A stretch of 56,672 bases of DNA, the filler included, from Sluysia triapertura (taxonomy: Eukaryota), in assembly GCA_046118255.1 (NCBI GenBank). It is 4 parts of 4 records of this genome, joined end to end, with 100 filler letters (N's around TTAATTAATTAA, not from the genome) between each part and the next. Parts side by side here need not be neighbours in the genome. Positions count along the whole stretch, not along the records: positions 18,548 to 31,763 come from JBJNIA010052113.1; positions 31,864 to 44,645 come from JBJNIA010082366.1; 2 more parts are not named here. One strand, 5' to 3'. Below, one piece after another: positions 24,320 to 37,334 of the stretch. The translations under genes and the position numbers were made by a program. The notes beneath the pieces were generated by a model that was not told the DNA's origin, did not search any database, and worked only from the letters and a program-made list of their open reading frames with translations. Numbering within the stretch: the stretch's first letter is position 1; every line of letters begins with the position of its first letter.

Positions 24320-26380
24320 TGTAGGGAAATTATATTAAAATTACAAACACACTTCATCACATACGAACATTTCTTACATTAACAAAACAATAAACAAATT
24401 ACTTGACTCATTCAAAAACAAACATAGTCATTATACATAATTATCTTGAGTTATGGTTATTGTTATTATGAATCCCATTGTAATAATAATTCTTCTAAAA
24501 ATTTTGAATAATAATTCTTATAATAATATCACAATATCAACAACATCATATTAAAATATATTAATTATATTAATGTTATCATTACGATTTCTGTTATTTG
24601 ACAATTAATCTTTATTTGTCTGAATTTGTATATATTTATGTTACTTTAATTTACTAGATTATAAATTAACTGTTTAATATAATGAAAATGATTGTAGTCT
24701 TAGAACACTGATACAATTATCATTTTTTACAATCAATTATTAAATGTGACTACAAACAATATCGAATTCCAGCAGATTTTTATGGATTGTGAAAAGTTAA
24801 GGGAGTCTATTTTCAAACTGAATATAGTTATATGAGTTTGTTGAAGTTACATGAAGTGCAAAAAAAATAATTAAGGAACCTGATTGTAACATAACATATT
24901 TTCTTACTTGGTTTGTATGCAGAGCTGAATTATATTGTGATGCTACAAAATCTGAAAATGTTATTAAAGTAGATTAACACATTCCTTGAATAGTCGAATT
25001 TGTCACTAATCAACTAGAACAGATCATCTAGACTTAGGAAACAATATCAGCTCATGATTCATGCAACTATGAAAGTGGTTTGGTCTTTGAACTTCACAGT
25101 TTATCATTAAATTATTTTAACGAAGAAAAGTTTTTATGTCATATTAGTTGTTAAGCATTTTGAGTTTAGAAGTGAAAATATGGTACCTAAAAAACGTTAT
25201 CTGTATGACAATATCATAATTATAAGCAATAAACATGTACAAAGTCGCTTTCAAAGAATTACAGAAAGTTATTACAAATGTCTGTTTTGCATAAAAGCAT
25301 TAAATTATGTACAAGCAAACTTTGGAATAAATTAAAATGTTCTAATTTTTCTAATGACGTTTTCTGCAGATAAATTTTTTCGTAGCATTAATATTAAATA
25401 GTGATTTATTACTTTCGTTTATACAATTATCAAACAGTCTTTTTACAAAATGTAATAGTAATCTGTTGTTTATCAAAAACATTTTTACAAGTATTTCATG
25501 AATAGGCCATTCAATATGATCAAGAGAGTCCTAAATTGTCAAAAGATCTGTGGTTATTTTACGATTTAAGTCGAAAAATATCTGGCATTAATGAAATTAA
25601 CCATCATCATCACCATAAATATAAACAATTTTATTTTAATTTTTAATCAAATTTTGGCTACTTAAAATAGTCAGTAGCTAAAATTTGATTAAGAATTAAA
25701 ATTGTTATTTTCGTAGTATAAATATAATTATTACTACTATCATTACTACCATTACACTATTACTACCAGCATCACCGTCACTTCGATCCCTGAAATTATG
25801 AAAAATAATAAAAAGGAATAATAATTAAAAATGTGTTCCAAAAAATCAATAAATTAAATGCTAATCTTGCTTAAATATGTATTAAGTTTGATATTCCTTC
25901 ACTTCTTATTCACATCAACGTGTTTTGAAGATAATATTATGTATTCGAAAATGGAGATCTCAATGCTACAATACATGGTATTTATGTGAACACGAATGTA
26001 ATTGATAGAGTAAGATGGTTACTAGTGAAGTCAGCAATTAAAGACTATGTATACGTGAGGGCTATTTCCTACTACAGTTTTGGAATTAATAATAATAAAA
26101 ATTTATTAACGAAGCAATCGTCAGATTTAATTCGTGAACTATTATATTTGTACGATTGTATTGTTTTTATTTTATGATAAAGTTAAATTAAATTTTGTTG
26201 AATTGTTTATTTTAAAATTGTTTGTTATTTTAAAAGGCAGTAAGCCTAGTTTATTTCTTGGCGTGTTTATTTTTAAAATCTTAACTTTGTAAAATAGTTT
26301 GAAGTTAAAATTCTACTTGAAAGTTAATAAAATTTCAATTAAATTAAAGACCTCCAAATAAAGTATCTGTGTTTTTGTTT
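24320..26380 (+). repeat. Repeat family A copy with ~1 kb extra internal sequence
   Basis: Head matches 3947-4070. Blocks at ~25730-25830, ~26235 and ~26350 are collinear with ~4480-4560, ~4850 and ~4965. Confidence 0.5.
25634..25701 (+). other. 68-nt hairpin (29-bp stem, 10-nt loop)
   Basis: Arms 25634-25662 and 25673-25701 are complementary at 27/29 positions. Both exceptions are G-U pairs on the + strand. Confidence 0.8.
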
Positions 26381-27688
26381 AGATTACAAAACTATATGAA
26401 ATAACATAAGCTAAGTTTTTCAATATAAGAAAGTGATTATTTATTTTGTAAATAAAATAAAATATATAAAATAAAATTAAAAATAAATGTAAATAAAATA
26501 AAATAAAAATTCATTTCAAATTTAGTTTAATCTTCATTTCCAATTTAAATTAATTCTTATATAAAATTTAAATTGATCATTTTCACATAGAATTTAATTA
26601 TTAAATAAAAAAGTAATAACATAATAATAAACGATAAGTGAATAAATTAAAATTAAAATTAAGAGAGAAAAATAATAACATATATACTATAAAATAATAA
26701 CAAGCTATAGTGTATATGAAATCAGACTATAGTGTAAATGAAATAATATTAAGTAATTACACTGTATATTACTGTATTACAAAAATTGAAAAATGTTATT
26801 ATGGAAGAAATCATGTATAAATAAATAGACGAGTTTTATCAACACATTTTACAAGGTTTCGATTTAGTTGCAATTTCCATTATTTAATTTGGTATCGATT
26901 TGGTGCCCATTACTGTTCGAGTTAAAGGTATTTATTATATCCGAGTCAAGGTATTTGAATAATTGACATTTTACAATTTAAAATACATTAATATTTGATT
27001 TTGACTGTGAATTTTCATCAGAATAACATTTAAAAATAACTAAAGTGCTAAATTTAAATTTAATCTTAAAAGAAGTTTATAAGCACCCTAAATATAACTA
27101 CGTGTGATATATTTTATATTCTGAATATTATTCGAACTATTTTTGTATACTTTGTATTTGTTACCTACATTTGATAAATAAACTTTTAGCGAGTTTAGTT
27201 TGTATTATTTGATTTTGAGAAGAGCTTGAATTTTAACGTTTTTTACGTGTTTAGAATCTAGGCAATCACATTTTTGCACTTCCATCGTTCCATCTACGAC
27301 GAGTGAACGAGCGAACCTAGATAAGTATAGATAAGCGTAAAAGCAAGACAAGACAAAAATATTTAAAACATTTTCAAGTCCAAAGCTAAAATTATTTTTT
27401 TAATAAAAATATTATAAATAAATAAATATTAGAATTAAATTGGAAAAAATGCTTTTAAGGAAAATTTCTTTAGAGATTTTAAAAGTGAATAGCTCAACTT
27501 TAATAAAATAACAGTTTATACATTCATTGTCAAAAATTATTCAATATATTTTAAATTTTAGATTCATCATTAAATCATATACAGATTCTATAAGCTTTAC
27601 AATAGTTGAAAAGTAGTTTCAAAATTTTAGATGAAAAGTGTTATTCAGAATACCGTCACTGAATCCAATCCAAGGCTTTCAAGTAGAG

Positions 27689-27810
27689 AAATAACTATTA
27701 GGGGTTCTTTTCATAACATTTTGCGTCTATATTTTTTACTTTTCAAAATTTTAATTTCTCGATAAAAAATTACAGGTGCAAAATATTATGAAAAGACCAT
27801 ATAGTTATTT
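27689..27810. mobile_element. Back-to-back TA-flanked inverted termini, Tc1/mariner-like
   Basis: …TCTTTTCATAACATTTTGCGTCTATA (to 27731) is the degenerate reverse complement of TACAGGTGCAAAATATTATGAAAAGA (from 27771). Confidence 0.3.
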
Positions 27811-29007
27811 ATTGCTATTTAAATATTTTTTAACTTGTATTAATTTTTAATAAAAAATTTGTTTGTGGCTCTTGAAAAAATTTAATGATAGTCTTGTGTC
27901 TGTTCTAATCCATTTAAAACTACTTGAAAAAAGATATTAAAATGCAGTGTTTGAGATCCACTTAATATGACAGAACAAAAGCTTCTAAGAATCTCAATTG
28001 TTGCGAGAGATTGAATAATTGCAAATAGCGGTAGGTCAACGAGCCGAACCTATCCTTCAAAGTAATATACACTCACGAAAAGGCTTTTTTATTCGGAGTT
28101 ATACATTATTGAAAATGAGTCAAGCGATATCGAATAAAATCTGATATCGCTTTTACCAAAAATTTTTACAATTTCGACCGTCATTGATAAATAGAAAAGA
28201 TGTGAATTTGCTTCAACAATGCAAGGCCACATGCTTGAAAATCGCTCTAAGTGAATTAACATAATTTTAATTGGTAAATTTTGTCACATTGATTAAATTT
28301 TGCGCTATCAGATAAATGATAAATTTTTGCACCAATTGAATTAAAAAAATTACTGTCAAGGTGAGAGAAAGTTATCGAAATACTGTGATTACTAAAAAAG
28401 AATTTCATGTGTTTTTTGGGGTTTTACTCATTTTACTCTATTTTAAGCGTCTTAAATTTTTACAAGATTATTAAAGTGTACCTTCATAATTTTAAGTTAT
28501 CGCGAGGTCTTTTAATTCATTTATTGTTTCGCAGAGATATAAGTTCAATTTATAGCTAAAGTTTTAAATCGGCCTTCTAAAAAAACTACGAAAACTATTA
28601 CTTTATTTTTCTTTACTTTATTTCTCAAGTTGTTTCTGAGTACATTTTGATGTTTATGAAAGTACTTTGAGTTTTTAACCGTTTCTTAACAGTTTTAAGA
28701 TGTACAGTTGGTGTTCATGAATACTTAGATATTGTAAAGCAGAATATAATTTTATATACTTTTATTTAAAAATTTTATTTTCAAAATTAATCTGAATTTT
28801 TTTTATTTTGTATTTTTGTATTAATGTGCATTTTTTATTTCTCAATTTTCATTAATAGCAACCTAATACATTATTTTATTGGCAATTATTATAAATGATT
28901 AGATAACACAAGTATAAAAATGAAATGTGTACAAGATTAAATAAATAAGTGAAATTTGTGTTTTTAAATGCTTTATTATCGATTTAAACAAAAAAGTTTT
29001 AAAAATA

Positions 29008-29199
29008 TAAGTTCTTATTTGCATTTGGAATTGGATTACTTACCATTTACCATATTACAAGCAAAAAATCCTTTATATTGTTTTAGAAGTTCAAATAATA
29101 TTATTATATTATTTGAACTTCTAAAACAATATAATGGATTTTTTGCTTGTAATATGGTAAATGGTAAGTTATCCAATTCCAAATGCAAATAAGAACTTA
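29008..29199. repeat. Near-perfect 192-bp palindrome (94-bp arms, 4-nt spacer)
   Basis: 29008-29101 versus the reverse complement of 29106-29199: 92/94 identical, spacer TATT. Confidence 0.95.
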
Positions 29200-29619
29200 C
29201 TGGTTTATTGGTTTATTCGCGGTTTACTTTAAGTCATCTTAGTGGTTTTGTTCGAACACAAGTTTTAGAGTCTGATTGGTTGAATGTCGTGAAAAGGGTT
29301 TTTGGCATAGATTTGAGTGTGAGTATTAAATTTGTATTTAGTGCTAAGAAATTGGATGTGGATTTTTTAGTTTTCGGGTTATGCAGGGGCGATAATATTT
29401 TATAAATTAATATTATTTTTACGCCTACAACCTGTGATGGCTGGATTATATTATTATTGTTATGCATTTTGAAATTTACTTTTACTGATTTAATGATTAT
29501 AAACTTAAAATTCATAAATTTAAAATCAAAATTACTTAAAAATAAATAATAATAGACACAAATATATTTATTCTTTACGAAACAACTATAATAAAAGTTA
29601 TATAAATCATTAATTTTAA

Positions 29620-30912
29620 AGTCTGTAATATTGTCAGACGTCTCGAACAGGTCCATTTCCTTACATAAAAGATCACTAATTTCAAAGTAAAAAGAATCAA
29701 TATCTAACTTATCGCCATTATCTAAAAGCAGAAATGAAAATTCCTTCTTGAAATATGTTTCTTTAAACACAATAGTAACAATAAACGCATTACACACTGA
29801 TCTTGGAAGTTTCCATAATTCTTTGAAATTACCCAATACATCTTGGATAATTGTAAGTTTTTCAAATGTAATATATTCGTTTTTAGATTCGTATTCAACT
29901 GTTACAGTTAATTTAGAGTACTCATCGATCAAATCATAAAGCCAATGTAACCAATGGATAAAATAGTTTTGTAATGTCACAAATTTCACATTACGTAATC
30001 TACTTAGCAGTTCTTTTTGCGTCTGTCGTTTAGACAATTTTAATATATCTTCATGACGTTCAGTGGCATCTGCTACGTTAGAAGTGCGCAATGCAACACA
30101 TCCACCATCAAGATCAACACTATCAGCTAATTCAATTACAATATTTGTAAATCGGTCAAGACGTCGACGAAACATCAATATTACTTGATCGAAATTATGA
30201 TATTTGTTGTCGTATAACACTAAACACACTTCATCACAACTTCTAGTTGGATCAATAAATTTGACGAATTGCTTTTTGCGTTCTAACTCACTTTTTCTCT
30301 CACTTGAACTACATCTACATAATGATCTCATAACAATTTCTTTAAGCTCTGATAATAATATTTGACAAAATTTTGAAATATCAATTTGAATTTCCCAAGG
30401 TATACCTTCATGTACAAGATAAATCAAGATAAATCACATATTTCTTGATCGTATTGTAACTCAAGTTTATTAAAATGTTCGTTTTCCTATGCAAGCCACG
30501 TTGAAAGCCACATTTCCAAGCTTCTGCATCACCGCAATCACATGTTCCGCCGGTAGACAGGTGTAAATCATAATTATGTTTCAAATGATCACTATGAATA
30601 AAACACTCTTAAGAATACAGTTCCATCATTTTGTAAACAAAATAGTGCTTCTGAAGCTTTACCGTAATTTTGTTCGACCGAGCTCGTACATTCTTCACCA
30701 ATTACCTGCTGTGTTTTGACGTATCTAAATTCTCTGTTCATTTGATAGCGAGTTTTCAAATTAGCATTTAATCTCATAACATCATCATTAACAGAACCAA
30801 CGTGATCATCATCGGCATAGAACCTTTTGACTTCTTTTAAATCGACATCAGTATAAATATTATTGCATCTGTTGGTCACAACGTTCCACAACTCTGACGT
30901 TGTAGGCTTCAT
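29620..30912 (-). pseudogene. UBR1: Truncated, frameshifted UBR1/UBR2-type N-recognin E3 ligase copy (UBR box plus ClpS-like domain only)
   Basis: UBR-box half [34 protein letters not shown] at ~30490-30608, in a third frame between the two listed ORFs. ClpS-like CLVLYDNKYHNFDQVI...LADSVDLDG, then QNYFIHWLHWL and ELWKLPRSVCN..ETYFKKEF. Similarity ends at ~29650; no RING or C-terminal domain; no introns. The 29234-29620 part of the ORF is read-through into AT-rich and LTR-like DNA (TGTAGGCG start at 29429). Confidence 0.85.
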
Positions 30913-31763
30913 TTACTTGGATCGAGCTAAGTAGTATACTGCTAACCAAAAAATTTCAAATAGCTTCTTTTTAAAACAATTGTATTCTCAAAATTATATT
31001 TGAAATGCAATCTTTGTTCATAGTTTGGATTAACACCATGATATTTTTAATACTTGATTAAAACAAATTCAAATGTATTTACATCATTTAACATGAAATA
31101 TATTACCTTGAATAACATATAGTTTTTAATTTTTCTTTTCAATAATTTTTTTTAATAACTTTTCTACAAATCTAAATCATACGTAGGTCGAAAGATACAA
31201 TTACAAGTAATTTTTGTTCAAGACATTAAATGAAATAACTCATTATCAAAATTTACAAAATGCTATTTAGTACATGTTTATCAGCATATTACACGACGCT
31301 TATCTTCACCACACGTAATAACACAGGAAAAAATACATCAACAAAAATCATACATACTATTTACAATTTTTTAAAAACGAAAGAACTTTGAATTAAATCT
31401 TCATCAGCATTTAACGTATTTATATACAGATAGGATTGGATCATGAGTCTAAATCTTCTTTTTTCTGTTTTAATAGTTCTGTTTTTATTTCACTGATTCT
31501 AACTAATGCTTTTAATTTTTTTGATTCACATGCATGATCAGAATATAATATCGAATGCACTTTTACAAATTTATAATATTCAGTTTGTGCCTCTTTTTCA
31601 TAACAATCTCGTATTATAAATTAGAATTACCAGTGAATAGAACTTTAAAAAAATTTCTAAAAAATTCTGGAGTTCAAACTATATATTTTTCTATACGGAC
31701 TGTTAAACTAGTTTCGTTGATATGAAATGACGTTTTAATTTGTCGTTCATTCTTTTGATAAAA

Positions 31764-31863
31764 NNNNNNNNNNNNNNNNNNNNNNNNNNNNNNNNNNNNN
31801 NNNNNNNTTAATTAATTAANNNNNNNNNNNNNNNNNNNNNNNNNNNNNNNNNNNNNNNNNNNN
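31764..31863. other. Scaffold gap with synthetic linker
   Basis: N44-TTAATTAATTAA-N44. Confidence 0.97.
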
Positions 31864-32365
31864 GGTATAGCAATCAAATAGAAAGTTTAATTTATTACAA
31901 AATAACTGAATGAAGTAAATAAACTTATATTATACAAGAGTTTGTTTAAACAGTTCAATTTTACTGATAATAATGATATAAATTTTAATGAACTTAAATT
32001 CAAATAGAATTTAGCTGTTTAATTTTACTGTGAATTTAATTTATCCTTTTTAAGGTATAAAAAATTAAGAATTGATTTTAAACTGGATTTTACTCCTTCC
32101 TTCGTACGGTAAGGAGAGTGAAACCTATATAAAAAATTATTACTCGATGCATGGATTTTCTTTATGGATACCAAATTAATTTCTTGTGTTCTGTTCTTGA
32201 CAAATTTTTCTTGTGTTCTTCCTACAAAATTTGTTTTGCTTAAATAATAAATTTTACTTCTCTACGTGTAATTACACGTTTGTTGAAATTTGTTTTATTT
32301 AAACAAATTTCAAATTTTTCAATTAAAAATTTGTTATTTTTAATTTTTTTAGATTCTAAAATTAT

Positions 32366-32458
32366 CTTATAATTTTTTAATTTTAATATTTTAAATACTT
32401 ATAATTTTTAATTTTAATATTTTAAATACTTATAATTTTTAATTTTAATATTTCAAAT
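32366..32458. repeat. AT-rich minisatellite, 3 x ~31 bp
   Basis: CTTATAATTTTTAATTTTAATATTTTAAATA repeated three times. Confidence 0.8.
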
Positions 32459-34053
32459 AAATTTACTTTTTGTAATTTTAATATAATATTTATAATAGTT
32501 TTTTACATAATAATCACAATATAATCACATAATAATCACGATATAATCAGATTTTATTATATTTATTGTTAATTAATATTTGTAATGTAGCAGTGCTCTC
32601 GCAGTAGTGCTCTGTTTTCTCACATTACAGAGGGATAATGTGTTTCGTTCTAAAAGCAAGAAGAATGTGTTTTTAAATTTTATTCTTGATAAAATATTAT
32701 TCTAAAATAAAATAAGTTTTATTTGAAAATTTTTATTTTTTGTTTTTTTGCGTATGAGCGGCTTGCCTAGTAAATATATACTCATAGTAAAAGGGTTAAT
32801 AATATCAATTGTTATATGACAATAACGTATATTTAAAAAACCAAATATTCATTAAAACAAATTTTATTTGTTTTATTTTTATTTTATTTCTATTGACTTA
32901 TTATTTAAGTACATAAATGTTAAACGTAAACTTGAATTGTGACTCGAATTAAGTATTGAAAAGAAACTAATGAATGTTGATTGTGATTAAAATTGCTATG
33001 ATTTAATTTTGTAATTCCTTTGACGGAATATAGAACATGTGGAATATGTTTAAAATTTCAGATGTGCGATCAACAATCCTAAAACTCAATTTTTTTATCT
33101 ATTTTATTATGATTTATAACAAGGTTAATTAGAAAATATACTAAAATCTATATTTATAAACAAATTAAAGAATTCTATTACTAAAAATAATTTAATAAAA
33201 AAAATAATAAATTATTGAGTAAGGAAATAAGCTGACCCAAAATAAAAAGTAAGATTTTTATAAAGTTAGTGGAAATAATAAATTAATCTAATTATTTATT
33301 AAATATTACTAATATTAGACATTTAAGTTCCATTATGAGATTAATAAATAATAAAAGAATACATCTTACATTGTTCCTTACTTTGGTGCTTAAAAACTTT
33401 AAAAGGTTATGTAATCCTTTAACATTTAATTTTTTTAAATAAAAAAATTTTATTACACTTAATAAAAAGTTAAAATTGATCCAAACGACTTGACAATAAC
33501 TTTGCTGATTAACTAAATTACTAAAAGATAAAGCGACATTAGATCTATAAGTTTTGTAAAAAAATAATACAACACTGTCTACTAAATACTTAGCTGTTTC
33601 ACAACTGTATTTTATGTATTTTAAGTCTAGCCTCATTGACTTCGGATTCATTAGTTTAATAAAAATCTTACAAAATGGTTTGAAAAATGCGATTACCATC
33701 ATGATGATTTAGTTCCCATACTTCAAATATAAGAATTTGGCCGCTATCTCTATAACAAAGTATTCCTGATCCTTCATGATGCGAAATAATTTTTTTGATT
33801 TCTAGAGAAATTCATCCTAGCTATTAGCACAAAGTAAAAACTAAAAAAATAATATATAATAAAGTATTATTACAATAATAAATGTGCCAAAATAAAAATG
33901 ATGAGGATTATGATTATACTGAGAAAAATGAAACTATTATTAAAATTTTTTATCATTTATTTTAATTATTTGATTATTTTATTTGTTTAATAATTGAGGT
34001 TTGGAATCACCACATTTATAATATTTACTATACTTTATTACTATATTTATTAG

Positions 34054-34161
34054 GTTATTCAATGATCCAGATTCATTTAATGAATTAGCTCAAGAAACTG
34101 TTTCTAAGTTAAAACCAAAATCATGCAATGATGATCAACCGACCGATTTCCATAAAATTGA
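34054..34161 (+). pseudogene. Isolated exon-like fragment resembling the C-terminus of AKTIP/Ft1 (UEV family)
   Basis: TAG|...|GTAAGT boundaries. Reads LFNDPDSFNELAQETVSKLKPKSCNDDQPTDFHKI, weakly like AKTIP LYEKDIQLFKSKVVDSV...FDQPKIEDPYAI. No intact partner exons seen. Confidence 0.3.
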
Positions 34162-35609
34162 GTAAGTCTACTTTATTGATATCGAATAAACAATGATAAA
34201 TTATTATTTATTATTTCTATATCATCAGTTAAGTTTCGTTTGTTTTTGACCGATGTGGTTTTTTCCAAGATCATACAACCAAAGACACATTGAATACTTT
34301 TAAGTGCGAATATTTTCATTTTTACAAAAATTATTAACAAGAAAGATTTAAAAATTAATTAAAGTTATACGATTAATTATAAATTTAAAAAATGAAAATT
34401 ATAAATCTATAAAAATATAACTAATAATATAAAATAATTTTATTTTAAATTTTATAAGCAACAATCTGAGTAATTCTAAATAAACACGAAGGAAAGTTTA
34501 AAAAATCCAAAAATGAAATACTTCACAAATGCATTTAACTTTTGCTAAATGTAAACAAAAATTAGCAAGATTATAAAATAAAACTCGCTGCACTTAACAA
34601 ATAAAAAGGTACGGATTAAACGGAAGTGCCTTGGGAATAAAAAATTATGATTTTAATAAAATGAAACTAGTAAGCACAAACAAATACAAGTATGATGTGA
34701 TAACAAGCAAGACTGTCATTGACGATAAAGTGTGAGATGTTGACACCATTTGGTGACACGAATTGCGACGAATCTGAATATTAAGCATTCAACAAGATCT
34801 AATGCAAGGAGGTTTATTACAGAAAGCGTTATTTTGTATTTGTCTGTAGTTAGACTTCGAGAGCTTTTTAAGACTACGAATGTTCAAATTGGTGTAAATA
34901 GATATGTCATATTTTGCAGGAAGCTTTAGAGAGCCGCCGCAATTTATCAAAATTGAGATTTCAAAATTTTCATTTTTAATCTTATCGTGAATAAAATCAT
35001 TTATTGTTAATAGCTTTAAAGAATCCATTACTTTGAACAACTTTGAAACTTATTTTTTATTCGAATTTGCATTTTAAAAGTACTATCTTCAAATTAATTT
35101 TAAAGCAGCTGATATTTTTTTGGCTCTAAGCGCTGTTTCGTATCTCTACTCAACAAAAATTTTTTTACAAATGTCAAAAAATAAATAACGATCGTTGACA
35201 GTAAAAATAAGTAATATAAAATTGATTACTAATTCAGGATTCTAAACTTGTCATAAATAGTATAATGTTGTACTAATGGCTCAAATCATCGAAGGAAAAT
35301 TTAATTTGAGTCCTGTTGTGAATAAGTAACCGTGCAAGGCAACGGTCTACAACTACATCATTTCAATAGTACAATCTACAGTTAACTTTGGATTTTCAAA
35401 CAGTTTTGTTTCATATGACTCGAAATTAACATATTTAGAACTACCTTCTCAGAGCACCTAATTTCTAGTTAACATTAATTAATTTTTTTGATGTTATTGA
35501 ACTAAATTTTTCGGTTCCAAAAATATATTGTGAATTCATAAAGATTATGCAGTATGTGGGAAAAGTTAATAAAGTTAAGTGAATAGAATAAAAGTTGATT
35601 TAAGATATC

Positions 35610-35700
35610 ATGGGTTAACCAACGTACTGGATTTACCAGCGAGAGCCAGCCGTTGGATTTTAGATAACGAAAATTTTCAAGAGTTTAACAGACTTCCTAC
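35610..35700 (+). repeat. Dispersed repeat family B core
   Basis: CCAACGTACTGGATTTACCAGCGAGAGCCAGCCGTTGGATTTTAGA matches ~46553-46597 CCAACGTACTAGACTTACCAGTTAGGGATAGCCCTTGGATTTTAGA. Looser similarity continues downstream. Confidence 0.7.
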
Positions 35701-37334
35701 TGTGTTTTTGGTCGTCTGGAGGTTTGTTAATTCAAGTTAACAATTTAGTAGATATTTTACATAAATCCTATGATAAGGATTCTTTAACGTTTAGTTACTT
35801 ACTTAACAAAAACAATCTGTGTCAAGTAATGGTTTCTCTACTTTGCAACTATTTAATTTAATATCAATAAAGACAATATTAACTTTATAAAGGATTTATT
35901 AAATACACAAGTTAGAAAATACAAATTTACAATAAAGGATAATAGTAATATAATAATTTACTGGGAATTATCTTTTGTAATTCCAAATAGTAAAAATTTT
36001 GTTAATGATATTGCAGTGATCTGTATTTTATTAAAGGAATATATTATTTAAAAAATATCGTATCATAAATAAAATAGACTAACGTTTACACAAAGAAATT
36101 TTATTAAGTGTTTTCCATTTTTTTGCCCAAAAATTATATTCCACTAATACACCAAAACAAGTTAACGAATTAAAATTTATAATTAAGTGAAAAGAATTGT
36201 GTGAGATATGTATACGTGATTGGTATACATATATATATTGAAACGAAGTTAAAATTTTTTATTTTTTAAACAGAATTAATAAACATACAACAGAATTAAA
36301 AGATTAATAATCATAATAATTAAAATAAAATAAACTTACAATAAAATTATTAAAAGAATCCAATAATAATAAAATTGTAATAATTAATAATTAAAATAAA
36401 TATCATAATAATCGATAATAAATCATTTTTATTCAAAATCAATCATTGACTTTTGATCAGTAATGTAATTATGTTAATTAATTGATTTGAACCAATAATG
36501 TATTTGTGTGAATTAATTAATGATTTGAACTTTGACAATAATAACTTGTAATTTGAAGAGTTATCAGAGTCATTTACTCTTATTGTCACATTGCTATTTT
36601 TACATTATATTGAATATATTTGGATTCGTATCTTTTGATTTTATTAAGTTTTAATTAAAATAGGTTTTAATAACAATAAGAAATTACTAAAGAAGTAATA
36701 AAATGATTTGCATTATTGTAAAAACTTATTGTAATAATTTGTGTTTGATTTTGTGATTATTGAATTCATCGAGATTTCAGACTTTTGTTCAGACTATTGA
36801 CCTTTGTTATGAGTTATTGTTTTTAGTCTAAATTAAAAAAACGCGACAAAGACATGAATTTATAACTCTTTGTATCTATTCGGTGAATATTGAGAAAGTA
36901 TCTTGTGTTTGAAAAATAATTAATACTTTATCTGTTTTTTGATTAAAATTATTTTGATTATTTAATTATTGAGTTATTGTTAATAATATTAAATAAAGAC
37001 GCAACAGTTCTCTAACCAAAAGGTGCAACAAAAGGGAATAAACACTTCTTCATTAACATTAAAGTGCAAATTACTTTTAAAATGATTGTTATATCATTCT
37101 TTTTGCAATATCGTAAAATTTTGACACAATTTTATTTATTACACATTTACTTTTATCACCATTGAATTATTAGAATCGATAAAATAAAACATAGTTCTTT
37201 TATGAATATGATAGAATAATTAAATTACTAAATACTAAATACTAAATACTAAATTTATACTAATTGAATGGATATACAATTTTTGAATTGTATTTTGTTT
37301 AAATATTACTTTTTACTTTAAAAGAAGTATTGAT

